NCBI GenBank assembly: GCA_021202555.1
Contig: JAJQCT010000032.1
Location: 66,299 to 130,298, forward strand
Direction of reading: 5' to 3'
Source of the DNA: Clostridiales bacterium
GTDB taxonomy: Bacteria > Bacillota > Clostridia > Oscillospirales > CAG-272
Length of the DNA: 64,000 nucleotides
In this document: positions 16,953 to 25,707 of the stretch, piece after piece
Position numbering within the stretch: position 1 is the stretch's first letter
Layout of the letters: every line of letters begins with the position of its first letter
Position numbers and translations under genes: made by a program
Notes under the pieces: generated by a model
Told to the model about the DNA's origin: nothing
The model's input: only the letters and a program-made list of their open reading frames with translations
Database searches by the model: none

Positions 16953-18248
16953 TTATTTTTTGCCCTTCGGCACGAGAATTTCAGCCCCGCCCATGTAGGG
17001 GCGCAGCGCCATCGGCACCTTTACGCACCCGTCCGCCGTAAGATTATTCTCGAGCAGCGCGATGAGCATACGCGGCGGCGCGACGACGGTATTGTTCAGC
17101 GTATGCGGCAGATATGTCTTGCCGTCCTTGCCCTTCACGCGGATTTTAAGCCGTCTTGCCTGCGCGTCGCCGAGATTCGAGCATGAGCAGACCTCGAAAT
17201 ACTTTCCCTGACGCGGCGACCACGCCTCGATGTCGCAGGATTTCACCTTCAGATCGGCAAGGTCGCCCGAGCAGCATTCGAGCTGGCGCACGGGTATGTC
17301 GAGCGAGCGGAAAAGCTCCACCGAATATCTCCACATTTTCTCGTACCACTGCATTGATTCCGTAGGTTCGCACACTACAATCATTTCCTGCTTTTCAAAT
17401 TGATGTATACGATAAACTCCGCGCTCCTCGATTCCGTGCGCCCCCTTTTCCTTGCGGAAGCATGGCGAATAGCTCGTCAGCGTCATCGGAAGCGAGCTTT
17501 CAGGCAGAATGCGGTCTATGAAGCGTCCAATCATCGAATGCTCGGAGGTGCCGATTAAATAAAGGTCTTCACCCTCGATTTTATACATCATCGCGTCCAT
17601 TTCGGTAAAGCTCATAACGCCCGAGGCGACGGCTCCGCGAATCATAAAGGGCGGAATCACGTACGTGAAGCCCTTGTTTATCATAAAATCGCGCGCGTAT
17701 GCTGTCACGGACGAATGAAGCCGCGCAATATCGCCCGAAAGATAGTAAAATCCGTTGCCCGCGACGCGGTGAGCCGAATCGAGGTCAAGTCCGTCAAACG
17801 ATTCCATTATGTCAGTGTGATACGGAATCTCAAAATCGGGAACGATAGGCTCGCCGAAGCGCTCGACCTCGACGTTTTCACTGTCATCGCGCCCTATCGG
17901 AACTGACGGGTCGATTATATTCGGCAGCGACATCAGAATCTGCGTGAGCTTTTCCTCTGTTTCACGTGAAACATTTTCAAGCTCCGCGAGCCTCTCGGCG
18001 TTTTCCGTCACCTTTGCTTTCGCAGCCTCAGCCTCCTCGCGCATTCCCTTTGCCATGTACGCGCCGATGGATTTTGAAATTTTGTTTTTCTCCGCGCGAA
18101 GCTGCTCCATCTCGCCTATCGTTTCGCGGCGCTTCGCGTCAAGCGCAATCGCCTCGTCAACGAGCGAAAGCTTCGCATCCTGAAATTTGTTTTTGATGTT
18201 CTGTCTTACAACGTCGGGGTTTTCCCTGACAAATTTAATATCGAGCAT
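16953..18248 (-). CDS. serS: seryl-tRNA synthetase
   Basis: N-terminal coiled coil (MLDIKFVRENPD...). Class II motifs (FRKEKGAHG, GDLA..K.D.E.W). Confidence 0.95.
   Translation of the reverse strand: MLDIKFVRENPDVVRQNIKNKFQDAKLSLVDEAIALDAKRRETIGEMEQLRAEKNKISKSIGAYMAKGMREEAEAAKAKVTENAERLAELENVSRETEEKLTQILMSLPNIIDPSVPIGRDDSENVEVERFGEPIVPDFEIPYHTDIMESFDGLDLDSAHRVAGNGFYYLSGDIARLHSSVTAYARDFMINKGFTYVIPPFMIRGAVASGVMSFTEMDAMMYKIEGEDLYLIGTSEHSMIGRFIDRILPESSLPMTLTSYSPCFRKEKGAHGIEERGVYRIHQFEKQEMIVVCEPTESMQWYEKMWRYSVELFRSLDIPVRQLECCSGDLADLKVKSCDIEAWSPRQGKYFEVCSCSNLGDAQARRLKIRVKGKDGKTYLPHTLNNTVVAPPRMLIALLENNLTADGCVKVPMALRPYMGGAEILVPKGKK
17958..17973. promoter_or_regulatory. parS site (perfect TGTTTCACGTGAAACA) inside serS
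   Basis: 16/16 palindrome read directly. Confidence 0.85.
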
Positions 18249-18311
18249 ATATGCTCCTTTCCGTATATATAAAATAAAAATATATGCTTTTTTTCCCGCA
18301 AAGACGCTTCT

Positions 18312-19190
18312 TTAATCCAAAATGTCCGTCCCGCAGATTTTCGTGAGCAGCGCCTTGAGGTCCTCATTGTCCTCAAATCCGATGCTCACATATTTTGTCC
18401 TTCCGCCCGCCTTAATCGTGACGGGGCGTCCGAGCGCGTTCTGCGCCGCTGCCGCTGCCGCCGCCGCATAATCAATACCGCCGACCGGCTCGCTCTGTGT
18501 CTCCCTTTTCTGTGCGTTCATCCGCTTCGCCTGTCGCTCCGCCTCGCGCACCGACATTCCCTCCGCGATGATTCTGTCTGCAAGAACGCTTATATCGTCC
18601 TTGTTTTTGAGCGAAAGCAGCGCCCTCGCGTGTCCCGCCGTAATCTCGCCGCTTTTGAGAAACGGAATTATTGCCGCGGGCAAATCAAGAAGCCGCAGAC
18701 TGTTCGCGACAGCGGAGCGCGAGCGCCCGATTTTCTCCGAAAGCTCCTCCTGCGTGAATCCGAACCGCTCAATCAGAAGCTTGTACGCCTCCGCCTCCTC
18801 GTAGGGATTGAGGTCTTCGCGCTGAATATTTTCAATAAGCGATATTTCCGCCGTCAGAACCTCGTCGGGCTGCATTATCATCGCGGGAATTTCGGAAAGC
18901 CCTGCCGCCTTTGATGCGCGCCAGCGCCGCTCGCCCGCGATTATGACGTATCGTCCGTCCTCGCCCTCGTAGACTAAAATCGGCTGAAGCACGCCGTAGC
19001 GCGAAATCGAATCTGAAAGCGCCGCGAGCGCTTCGTCGTCGAAGCTCTTTCGCGGCTGATCGCGGCGCGGCTCGACCATTGAAATATCAAGCTTATATAT
19101 TCTGCCCTCATCGGGCGAGGAGGGGTCATATGATGTGTTATCAAGGAAGATTGAATCTATTCCCCGTCCGAGAGAGGGTTTTTTCGACAT
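18312..19190 (-). CDS. spo0J: ParB/Spo0J chromosome partitioning protein
   Basis: ParB box GERRWRAS. HTH QEELSEKIGRSRSAVANSLRLL. Confidence 0.93.
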   Translation of the reverse strand: MSKKPSLGRGIDSIFLDNTSYDPSSPDEGRIYKLDISMVEPRRDQPRKSFDDEALAALSDSISRYGVLQPILVYEGEDGRYVIIAGERRWRASKAAGLSEIPAMIMQPDEVLTAEISLIENIQREDLNPYEEAEAYKLLIERFGFTQEELSEKIGRSRSAVANSLRLLDLPAAIIPFLKSGEITAGHARALLSLKNKDDISVLADRIIAEGMSVREAERQAKRMNAQKRETQSEPVGGIDYAAAAAAAAQNALGRPVTIKAGGRTKYVSIGFEDNEDLKALLTKICGTDILD

Positions 19191-19214
19191 TGCGTAATCT
19201 CACTTTCAATTTTG

Positions 19215-19230
19215 CGTTTCACGTGAAACA
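19215..19230. promoter_or_regulatory. parS site (CGTTTCACGTGAAACA, 15/16)
   Basis: Lies between soj and spo0J. Confidence 0.8.
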
Positions 19231-19232
19231 TT

Positions 19233-19997
19233 TTACTTAATCCGCGCTATAAGCTCGTCAGTCACGTCGAGATAGCACTGCGTGCCCTTTGAGGTCTTGT
19301 CATGATATATTATCGGCTCGCCGAAGCTCGGCGCCTCGGAAAGCTTGACATTGCGCACAATCTGCGTTCTGAAAAGCTGATCGGCGTAATATTTCTTCAG
19401 CTCGCCGACAACCTGCGTCGTCAGATTCAGGCGCGGATTATACATCGTAAGAAGAATTCCCGTAATCTCAAGCTTGCGGTTATAAAGCTGCTTGATTTTG
19501 CGAATCGTGAGCATAAGCTGCGAAAGTCCCTCAAGCGCGTAATATTCGCACTGCATGGGAATCAGCACGCCGTTTGAAGCTGCAAGCGAATTTATCGTCA
19601 GAAGCCCGAGCGACGGCGGGCAGTCGATGACCATCACATCATAATTATCGGAAACGTCCGCAATCACGTTTTTCAGGCGATACTGCCTGTCGGGAAGGTC
19701 TGATAAGTCAAATTCCGACGCCGCAAGCGATATTGTCGCAGGAATCACGTCAAGGCGCTCGAACTTTGTATGCGCTATAACCTCAGAGGCTGTTTTCTGC
19801 CCGAGCAGAAGCTCGTACATGGACGATTTAAGTCCGCGCTTTGAAATCCCAACTCCGCTCGTCGAGTTGCCCTGCGGGTCTGCGTCAAGCAGCAGCACAC
19901 GCCGCCCGCGATACGCAAGGCAAGCGGCGATATTGACGGCAGACGTCGTTTTGCCGACGCCGCCCTTCTGATTTGCGAATGAAATAATGTAAGACAT
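19233..19997 (-). CDS. soj: ParA/Soj partitioning ATPase
   Basis: Deviant Walker A KGGVGKTT. Start set at MSYIISFANQ, which has a GGGAG RBS. Confidence 0.93.
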   Translation of the reverse strand: MSYIISFANQKGGVGKTTSAVNIAACLAYRGRRVLLLDADPQGNSTSGVGISKRGLKSSMYELLLGQKTASEVIAHTKFERLDVIPATISLAASEFDLSDLPDRQYRLKNVIADVSDNYDVMVIDCPPSLGLLTINSLAASNGVLIPMQCEYYALEGLSQLMLTIRKIKQLYNRKLEITGILLTMYNPRLNLTTQVVGELKKYYADQLFRTQIVRNVKLSEAPSFGEPIIYHDKTSKGTQCYLDVTDELIARIK

Positions 19998-20144
19998 AGA
20001 CGCTCCCGCAAAAATCGGCACAGCCAAAGGTAATTATACATATTATAATCGCACGGCGGCGTTTTGTCAAGCCCCGAGCGAAAGTTTCCGCCCCACGCAA
20101 AAAAATTTACTTTTGCATATAGCGTGGAATGGCGCTCCGCCGAC

Positions 20145-20160
20145 TGTTTCACGTGAAACA
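20145..20160. promoter_or_regulatory. parS site (perfect TGTTTCACGTGAAACA)
   Basis: Lies between noc and soj. Confidence 0.85.
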
Positions 20161-20185
20161 ATCGGCGGAGATGCGCGCCTTTCAG

Positions 20186-21028
20186 TCATGCCGAACATTC
20201 GTTCTTTCTTTTGCAGTCAATTGAGACGACGATAGTCACAACACCCTCATTTTCGCGCTTTTCGACCTCGACTGGAACGCCGCCGCCGCGAAGTGTCTCG
20301 GCGGCATGGTCGATGGCGTTATAAAAAAGGCGAAGGTCTTTTATCGCGTATTTCTGGCGCTGGCGGCAGACGCCGCGCGAGTTATCTACCATATTAGATA
20401 ACAGTCCGTCAACGTATCTTTCGGATGATGATACGTTGAGCTTTCGCTTTATAATATGTAAAAGCGCGCTTTTCCTCGCCCCCTCGTCGCGAAGGCGCAG
20501 AAGCGTCCTCGCATGGCGCTCCGTCAGCCCGTTTTCGAGAATGAGCGCCCGCTCCTCATCCGAAAAGCGCAGCATACGAAGCTTGTTCGCAATATAGGGC
20601 TGGCTCACAGAAAGCCTCGCCGCCGCCTGCTCCTGCGTCATCCTATAAAGGAAGATAAGCGATGAAATCGCCGCCGCCTCCTCAAACATATTCAGATCCT
20701 CCCGCTGCAAATTCTCGATAATCGCGAGCGCCGCGGACTCCTCCTCCCCCGCGTCCATCATAATGCACGGCACCGTCAGAAATCCCGCGAGCCTCGCCGC
20801 CTGCCACCGCCTCTCACCGGCGATAATTTCATAAGACCCCGTCCCGTTTCGCCTGACGGTGAGCGGCTGCAAAATCCCGTAGCGCCTGATTGATTCTGAA
20901 AGCGCCTTCAGTTTCCCCTTGTCAAAGACCTTTCTTGGCTGGCGCGGATTCGGCACAAGCGCCTCAACCGGCACCTCAATTGTCGCGCCTCCTACGGCTG
21001 CGGCATAATCAACATACTTTTCGTTCAT
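20186..21028 (-). CDS. noc: ParB-family nucleoid occlusion protein
   Basis: ParB box GERRWQAARLAG. Second ParB paralogue upstream of soj-spo0J. Start set at MNEKYV, which has a GGGAG RBS. Confidence 0.8.
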   Translation of the reverse strand: MNEKYVDYAAAVGGATIEVPVEALVPNPRQPRKVFDKGKLKALSESIRRYGILQPLTVRRNGTGSYEIIAGERRWQAARLAGFLTVPCIMMDAGEEESAALAIIENLQREDLNMFEEAAAISSLIFLYRMTQEQAAARLSVSQPYIANKLRMLRFSDEERALILENGLTERHARTLLRLRDEGARKSALLHIIKRKLNVSSSERYVDGLLSNMVDNSRGVCRQRQKYAIKDLRLFYNAIDHAAETLRGGGVPVEVEKRENEGVVTIVVSIDCKRKNECSA

Positions 21029-21325
21029 ATCAAATCTCCCTTTCTTTTGTCGGGTGATACCCCGAAATTCACTCACAGCGAGTATATCAATATGATAAAG
21101 CACGACCGGGCGAAAAAACGGGCGAGACACGGTGTTTGAAAATAAAAGTTACGGGAAATGTATCGGGGATTCTGCGGGGATATGTTATAGCCGAAAATTT
21201 AAGCGGGAGATTTGCAAAGAGGTGAAATTGCGTGTTGATTTTGGAGCAAAAGTGTGTTATTATTTAGTCAGATGAGACGTTTTGCGCGACGGCGCAGAAA
21301 AATTTAATTAAAGAGGAGAAATTAC

Positions 21326-23515
21326 ATGAAAAAAGGCGGATTTACGCTTCCGGGAGAGGCGGGATACGAGAAGCTTACGCTCGAGCTGTGCGAAAAATGG
21401 GGTGCGGACTGCATTCGCGACAGCGACGGAACGGTGCTGTCGGACGAGATTCTGTCGTCAGGGATACCGATTTACTCGACAATTTGCCTCGTGCGCAGCA
21501 TAAACGGCTGGGCAAAGGAAAATCCCGACAAGCTTCAGCGCTGCTTTCTTTCAAGCGACCCGAAGCACGCAACAGGAAATACGCTTGAAATAGACCCGCT
21601 CGAAAAATATTTCCGCCCGCAGATGACAATCTGGCGGGGCGACGACAAAAAGAAGCTCTGGGAGGTATGGGACAGAACGTCAGGCGAGCAAATCGACAAA
21701 GAAAAGTGGAGCTGGGACGAGGAGCGCGGGGTCGTAACAATAAATGAAACGATACCGTACCACTTTTATACCGTCAGCTTCATGGCAACGCGCGTGTGGG
21801 AGGAAATTTCAATGTACAACCACATCACAAACGACTGGGGCGACCGTGAGCGCCTCTTGGCTGTCGAGCCGCGCTATCCCGAGGCGCAGGAGGCGCTACT
21901 GTCATATCTTGACGAGTGGTGCCGCTCGCATCCGGCGACAAAGGTCGTGCGCTTCACCTCGCTTTTTTATAATTTCACATGGATATGGGGCGCAGATGAG
22001 CGTCACCGCAGTATGTATACGGACTGGGGCAGCTATGACTTCGCCGTAAATCCGCCGGCGCTTGACGAATTTGAGGCTGAATATTCGTATCGCCTCACCG
22101 CCGAGGATTTTATCAACATGGGACGCCGCAACCCGACCCACAATCCCCCGACAAAGCACTATCGCGACTGGATGGAGTTCACGGGAAAATTCGTGCGCGC
22201 ATTCGGTAAAAAGTGCATTGACATAGTACACAGCTACGGCAAGCTCGCCTATATGTTTTACGACGACACATGGATTGGAACTGAGCCGTGGAGCGGATAT
22301 TACGGGGAATTCGGCTTCGACGGGCTTATCAAATGCGTATTCAACGCCTTTGAGGCGCGTCTTTGCGCTGGAGTTAAAGAGGTAAAAACGCACGAGCTTC
22401 GCCTTCATCCGTATCTTTTCCCGACGGGACTTGGCGGCGAGCCGACCTTTGCCCCGGGCGGTCATCCCGAGCGCGACGCGAAGCGCTTCTGGGCGTGCGT
22501 GCGCCGCGCGCTTCTGCGCGTGAAAATCGACAGAATCGGGCTTGGCGGGTATCTTTCGCTCACAGAGTCGTTCCCCGAATTCAGGGACGAAATTGAGCAT
22601 ATAGCGGACGAATTCCGCACGCTTCGCGACCTGCACGAAAACGATTCGCCGTGGTCGACTGAAATCCATGTCGCCGTGCTTCACTCATGGGGTTCGCTTC
22701 GCACATGGAACTGCGCCGGTCATATGCACGAGCATCCCGAGCTGCCTCTCAATCACATTTACGAGGCGCTCGCGGGTCAGCCCTTCGAGGTTTCCGCGAT
22801 TTCATTTGAGGATGTTGAGAAAAACGGCGTGCCGGAAGACGTTGACGTGATAATAAACGCGGGACGCGAGGGCGACGCTTGGTCAGGCGGGGATGCGTGG
22901 AAATCCGCAGCTCTCAAAGCCGCAATATGCGAATTTGTGGCGCGCGGCGGCGGCATTATCGGCGTGTCGGAGCCGTCGGCACTTCGCTGCGGCGGCAGAC
23001 ATTTCCGCCTTGCCGACATTTTCGGCGTTGACCGCGAGGTTGGCGCGACGATTTGCCACGAAAAATATAAATACGAGCGAAAGCCTCATTTCATAACAGC
23101 GGAAATGACGGAGGAGCAGCGTCGGGGAGTGCGCTTTCACAATCATACCCCGGGAGTATACGCGCTTTCGGGAGACGCCGACATAATCCTCTCGGACGAG
23201 GCGACGGGAGACATTATAATGTCAGCGCGCGAATTTGAGGCGGGACGCGCCGTCTATATGTCGGGCTTCACCTACAGCTCCGAGGACGCAAGGCTCTTGT
23301 ACCGTTCCCTTCTTTATGCGGCAGGTCGAGAGGAGCTTGAAAGCTCGTATATGGCGAAAAGTCCCTATGTCGAATGCGCGTATTTTCCGAAAAGCGGAAC
23401 GCTTGTCGCGATAAACAGCTCAAAGGTTGATGTCGCGACGGAAATAAAAACGCCAAATGGAAGCATACCCGTAAATGTTTCGGGCGAGGGAACGGTGATA
23501 CTGAAGCTTTCATAA
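21326..23515 (+). CDS. GH112 1,3-beta-galactosyl-N-acetylhexosamine (lacto-N-biose/galacto-N-biose) phosphorylase
   Basis: 729 aa. The N-terminus GGFTLPGEAGYEKLTLELCEKWGADCIRDSDGT matches the family signature as I recall it. Confidence 0.8.
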   Translation: MKKGGFTLPGEAGYEKLTLELCEKWGADCIRDSDGTVLSDEILSSGIPIYSTICLVRSINGWAKENPDKLQRCFLSSDPKHATGNTLEIDPLEKYFRPQMTIWRGDDKKKLWEVWDRTSGEQIDKEKWSWDEERGVVTINETIPYHFYTVSFMATRVWEEISMYNHITNDWGDRERLLAVEPRYPEAQEALLSYLDEWCRSHPATKVVRFTSLFYNFTWIWGADERHRSMYTDWGSYDFAVNPPALDEFEAEYSYRLTAEDFINMGRRNPTHNPPTKHYRDWMEFTGKFVRAFGKKCIDIVHSYGKLAYMFYDDTWIGTEPWSGYYGEFGFDGLIKCVFNAFEARLCAGVKEVKTHELRLHPYLFPTGLGGEPTFAPGGHPERDAKRFWACVRRALLRVKIDRIGLGGYLSLTESFPEFRDEIEHIADEFRTLRDLHENDSPWSTEIHVAVLHSWGSLRTWNCAGHMHEHPELPLNHIYEALAGQPFEVSAISFEDVEKNGVPEDVDVIINAGREGDAWSGGDAWKSAALKAAICEFVARGGGIIGVSEPSALRCGGRHFRLADIFGVDREVGATICHEKYKYERKPHFITAEMTEEQRRGVRFHNHTPGVYALSGDADIILSDEATGDIIMSAREFEAGRAVYMSGFTYSSEDARLLYRSLLYAAGREELESSYMAKSPYVECAYFPKSGTLVAINSSKVDVATEIKTPNGSIPVNVSGEGTVILKLS

Positions 23516-23638
23516 AATTTTCACAAATATCTCGTCCGAAAGTCACGCAAAGGGACTTGTAAAATCGGCGTAAATCGATTATAATATCATCACCGAAAAA
23601 AACGGCGCCGCACTCAGCGCGAAACGGAGGAATTTACT

Positions 23639-24631
23639 ATGAAGAAGATTATTTTGACGGCAGTAGCGCTCATGCTCGCTTTGTCAATGCTCGCGCTCCC
23701 CTCATGCACGACGGAGGGAGAAGGTGACGACACCGACGCGGCGGGTACAAATTCGTCGGACACGACGTCAGGAAATGTAAGCTCGGGCGACACAACGTCT
23801 GACAGCGACGGAAACGACGACAGCACGGCAACATCGTCGCGCTACACAAACTTTGACCTGCGCACTGATTACGACGAGGATGAGGCAGTGACGGTCGTAT
23901 TCACCGACGAGGCGATAACGCTCTCGGGAAATGACACGTCGGGCGCGACGGTGGACGGCACGACGCTGACGATAACGGCTGAGGGAACGTATGTGATTTC
24001 AGGCTCATGCAGCGACGGACAGATTATCGTCGAGGTATCGGACACCGAAAAGGTTCAGCTTGTATTTAACGGAATTTCGCTCATGTGCAAGACGAGCGCT
24101 CCCGTATGGGTAAAGTGTGCCGACAAAACGTCGATAACGCTCGCTGACGGCACGACGAACACAATGCAGGACGCAGCGTCGTACACCGACGTAAACACTG
24201 ACGGCGAGCCGAACGCCTGCATTTTCTCAAAGGACGACCTGACAATCAACGGCACGGGAACACTCAACGTCTACGCGAACTGCAACAACGGAATAACCTC
24301 AAAGGATGACCTCAAGATTATAAGCGGCATAATCACAGTAACGGCTGAAAATCACGGCATTCGCGGAAATGACAGCGTTACAATAAAGGACGGCACAATT
24401 TCGGTTTCATGCGGAAACGACGGCATCAAGGCGTCGAACACGACGAAATCAGACAAGGGCTATATCTACATTGAGGGCGGCACAATTACAATCGACTGCG
24501 GCGACGACGCGCTTCAGGCAATAACGTCAATCGACGTGACGGGCGGCTCGATTACAGTCTCCGCCGCGGGTGATGTCACAAACTGCGAGGGCACGGTAAA
24601 TCTCGCCGACGGCTGCGTAACGGAGCAGTAA
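23639..24631 (+). CDS. lipoprotein with Cthe_2159-like beta-helix carbohydrate-binding domain
   Basis: Lipobox LALPSC. Ser/Thr/Asp linker. Repeated G(I/D)..(K/N)D.(L/V).I..G motifs. Confidence 0.55.
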   Translation: MKKIILTAVALMLALSMLALPSCTTEGEGDDTDAAGTNSSDTTSGNVSSGDTTSDSDGNDDSTATSSRYTNFDLRTDYDEDEAVTVVFTDEAITLSGNDTSGATVDGTTLTITAEGTYVISGSCSDGQIIVEVSDTEKVQLVFNGISLMCKTSAPVWVKCADKTSITLADGTTNTMQDAASYTDVNTDGEPNACIFSKDDLTINGTGTLNVYANCNNGITSKDDLKIISGIITVTAENHGIRGNDSVTIKDGTISVSCGNDGIKASNTTKSDKGYIYIEGGTITIDCGDDALQAITSIDVTGGSITVSAAGDVTNCEGTVNLADGCVTEQ

Positions 24632-24635
24632 TTGA

Positions 24636-24914
24636 GTGAAATCGAGACGGTTGACATCGGTCAACCGTCTCGGATAAATCCGCGCTTCGCGCGGGTAAAA
24701 TCCGTCGCTGACGCGACGGGTTAATGAAAAAAGCCACCTCAACGCTTCGCTTTTGAGATGACTTTTATTCAATTAAAAGTCCGTAGGACTTTTTACCTTA
24801 ACCCGCACAAAGTGCGGATTTCACCGAGTATTCGCCGCAGGCGGATGCTCGATTTCACCTGCCCGAAGGGCAGATTTCACCGTCTCAAAAGCTTTGCTTT
24901 TGAGACGATTTAAC
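24636..24914. repeat. type-1 hairpin array A (9 hairpins on GTGAAATC / GATTTCACC linkers)
   Basis: Linkers at 24636, 24673 and 24695 (GTGAAATC-type) and at 24818, 24851, 24873 and 24907 (GATTTCACC-type). Parsed by hand. Confidence 0.85.
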
Positions 24915-25007
24915 TCCCCGTATTCTTTTCAGCTTGCATAAACGCAAAAAATGAGTTATACTATATATGCGAAAAAGCCATCGCGGAGCATTTCGGAGGA
25001 CAATTAG

Positions 25008-25205
25008 ATGAAAATACGCTACAATGACGACAAGGAAATCGTGCGCCTCGTGAAGGAGGGACTGCGCGAGCGCGGCGGATACTGTCCCTGCCGCCGTGAA
25101 ATATCCGAGGACACAAAATGTATGTGCCGCGAATTCAGAGAGCAGATTGCAGACCCCGAATTTGAAGGCTACTGCCACTGCCGTCTCTACTATAAGGAAA
25201 AATAA
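25008..25205 (+). CDS. small ferredoxin-thioredoxin-reductase catalytic-subunit-like Cys-rich protein
   Basis: CPCR, CMC and CHC cysteine pattern in 65 aa. Lies immediately upstream of thioredoxin. Confidence 0.55.
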   Translation: MKIRYNDDKEIVRLVKEGLRERGGYCPCRREISEDTKCMCREFREQIADPEFEGYCHCRLYYKEK

Positions 25206-25253
25206 CAAAGTCTGAAAGATACATCCTTCAGACTTCAGAAAGGAGAATCGAAA

Positions 25254-25565
25254 ATGGAAGTTATAAAGGTAACAGGCGATACCTTTGAGGAAATTGTAAT
25301 CGGCTCGGACGTGCCCGTGCTTGTCGATTTCTGGGCAACATGGTGCGGTCCCTGCCGCATGATGACGCCCGTAACGGAGGCGCTCGCCGCCGAATCTGAC
25401 GGGAAATACAAAATTTGCTCCGTCAACGTGGACGAGGAGCCCGCTCTTGCCGACCGCTTCGGCGTAAACTCGATACCGATGTTCATATCGTTTTCGGGCG
25501 GCGAGATGAAGGGAAGCACAGTCGGCGTCACGCCTAAGGAGACGCTTCTTACGCTTCTTGCGTGA
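25254..25565 (+). CDS. trxA: thioredoxin
   Basis: WCGPC active site. 103 aa. Confidence 0.93.
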   Translation: MEVIKVTGDTFEEIVIGSDVPVLVDFWATWCGPCRMMTPVTEALAAESDGKYKICSVNVDEEPALADRFGVNSIPMFISFSGGEMKGSTVGVTPKETLLTLLA

Positions 25566-25707
25566 TTTAATCCGAAAATTCACGTTTTTTTGGCGTTTTT
25601 ACCCGCGGGCACTTGAAAATCCTCCGTTTTTGTGATAATATTATAGAGGAAATTTTCATGCCGTGCGGCAAAACGTCCCGCTGACCGGCAAAACCCAAGG
25701 AGAAGTC

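Noticed and set aside
18249-18311. A T-box leader upstream of serS
   Set aside because: Only 63 nt separate spo0J and serS. That is too short for a T-box, and no specifier or T-box sequence is visible.
24885-25583. 232-aa minus-strand ORF spanning the FTR-like and thioredoxin genes
   Set aside because: The + strand encodes an unmistakable thioredoxin (WCGPC) and a Cys-motif protein, each with an RBS. The antisense ORF has no recognisable features and starts within array A.
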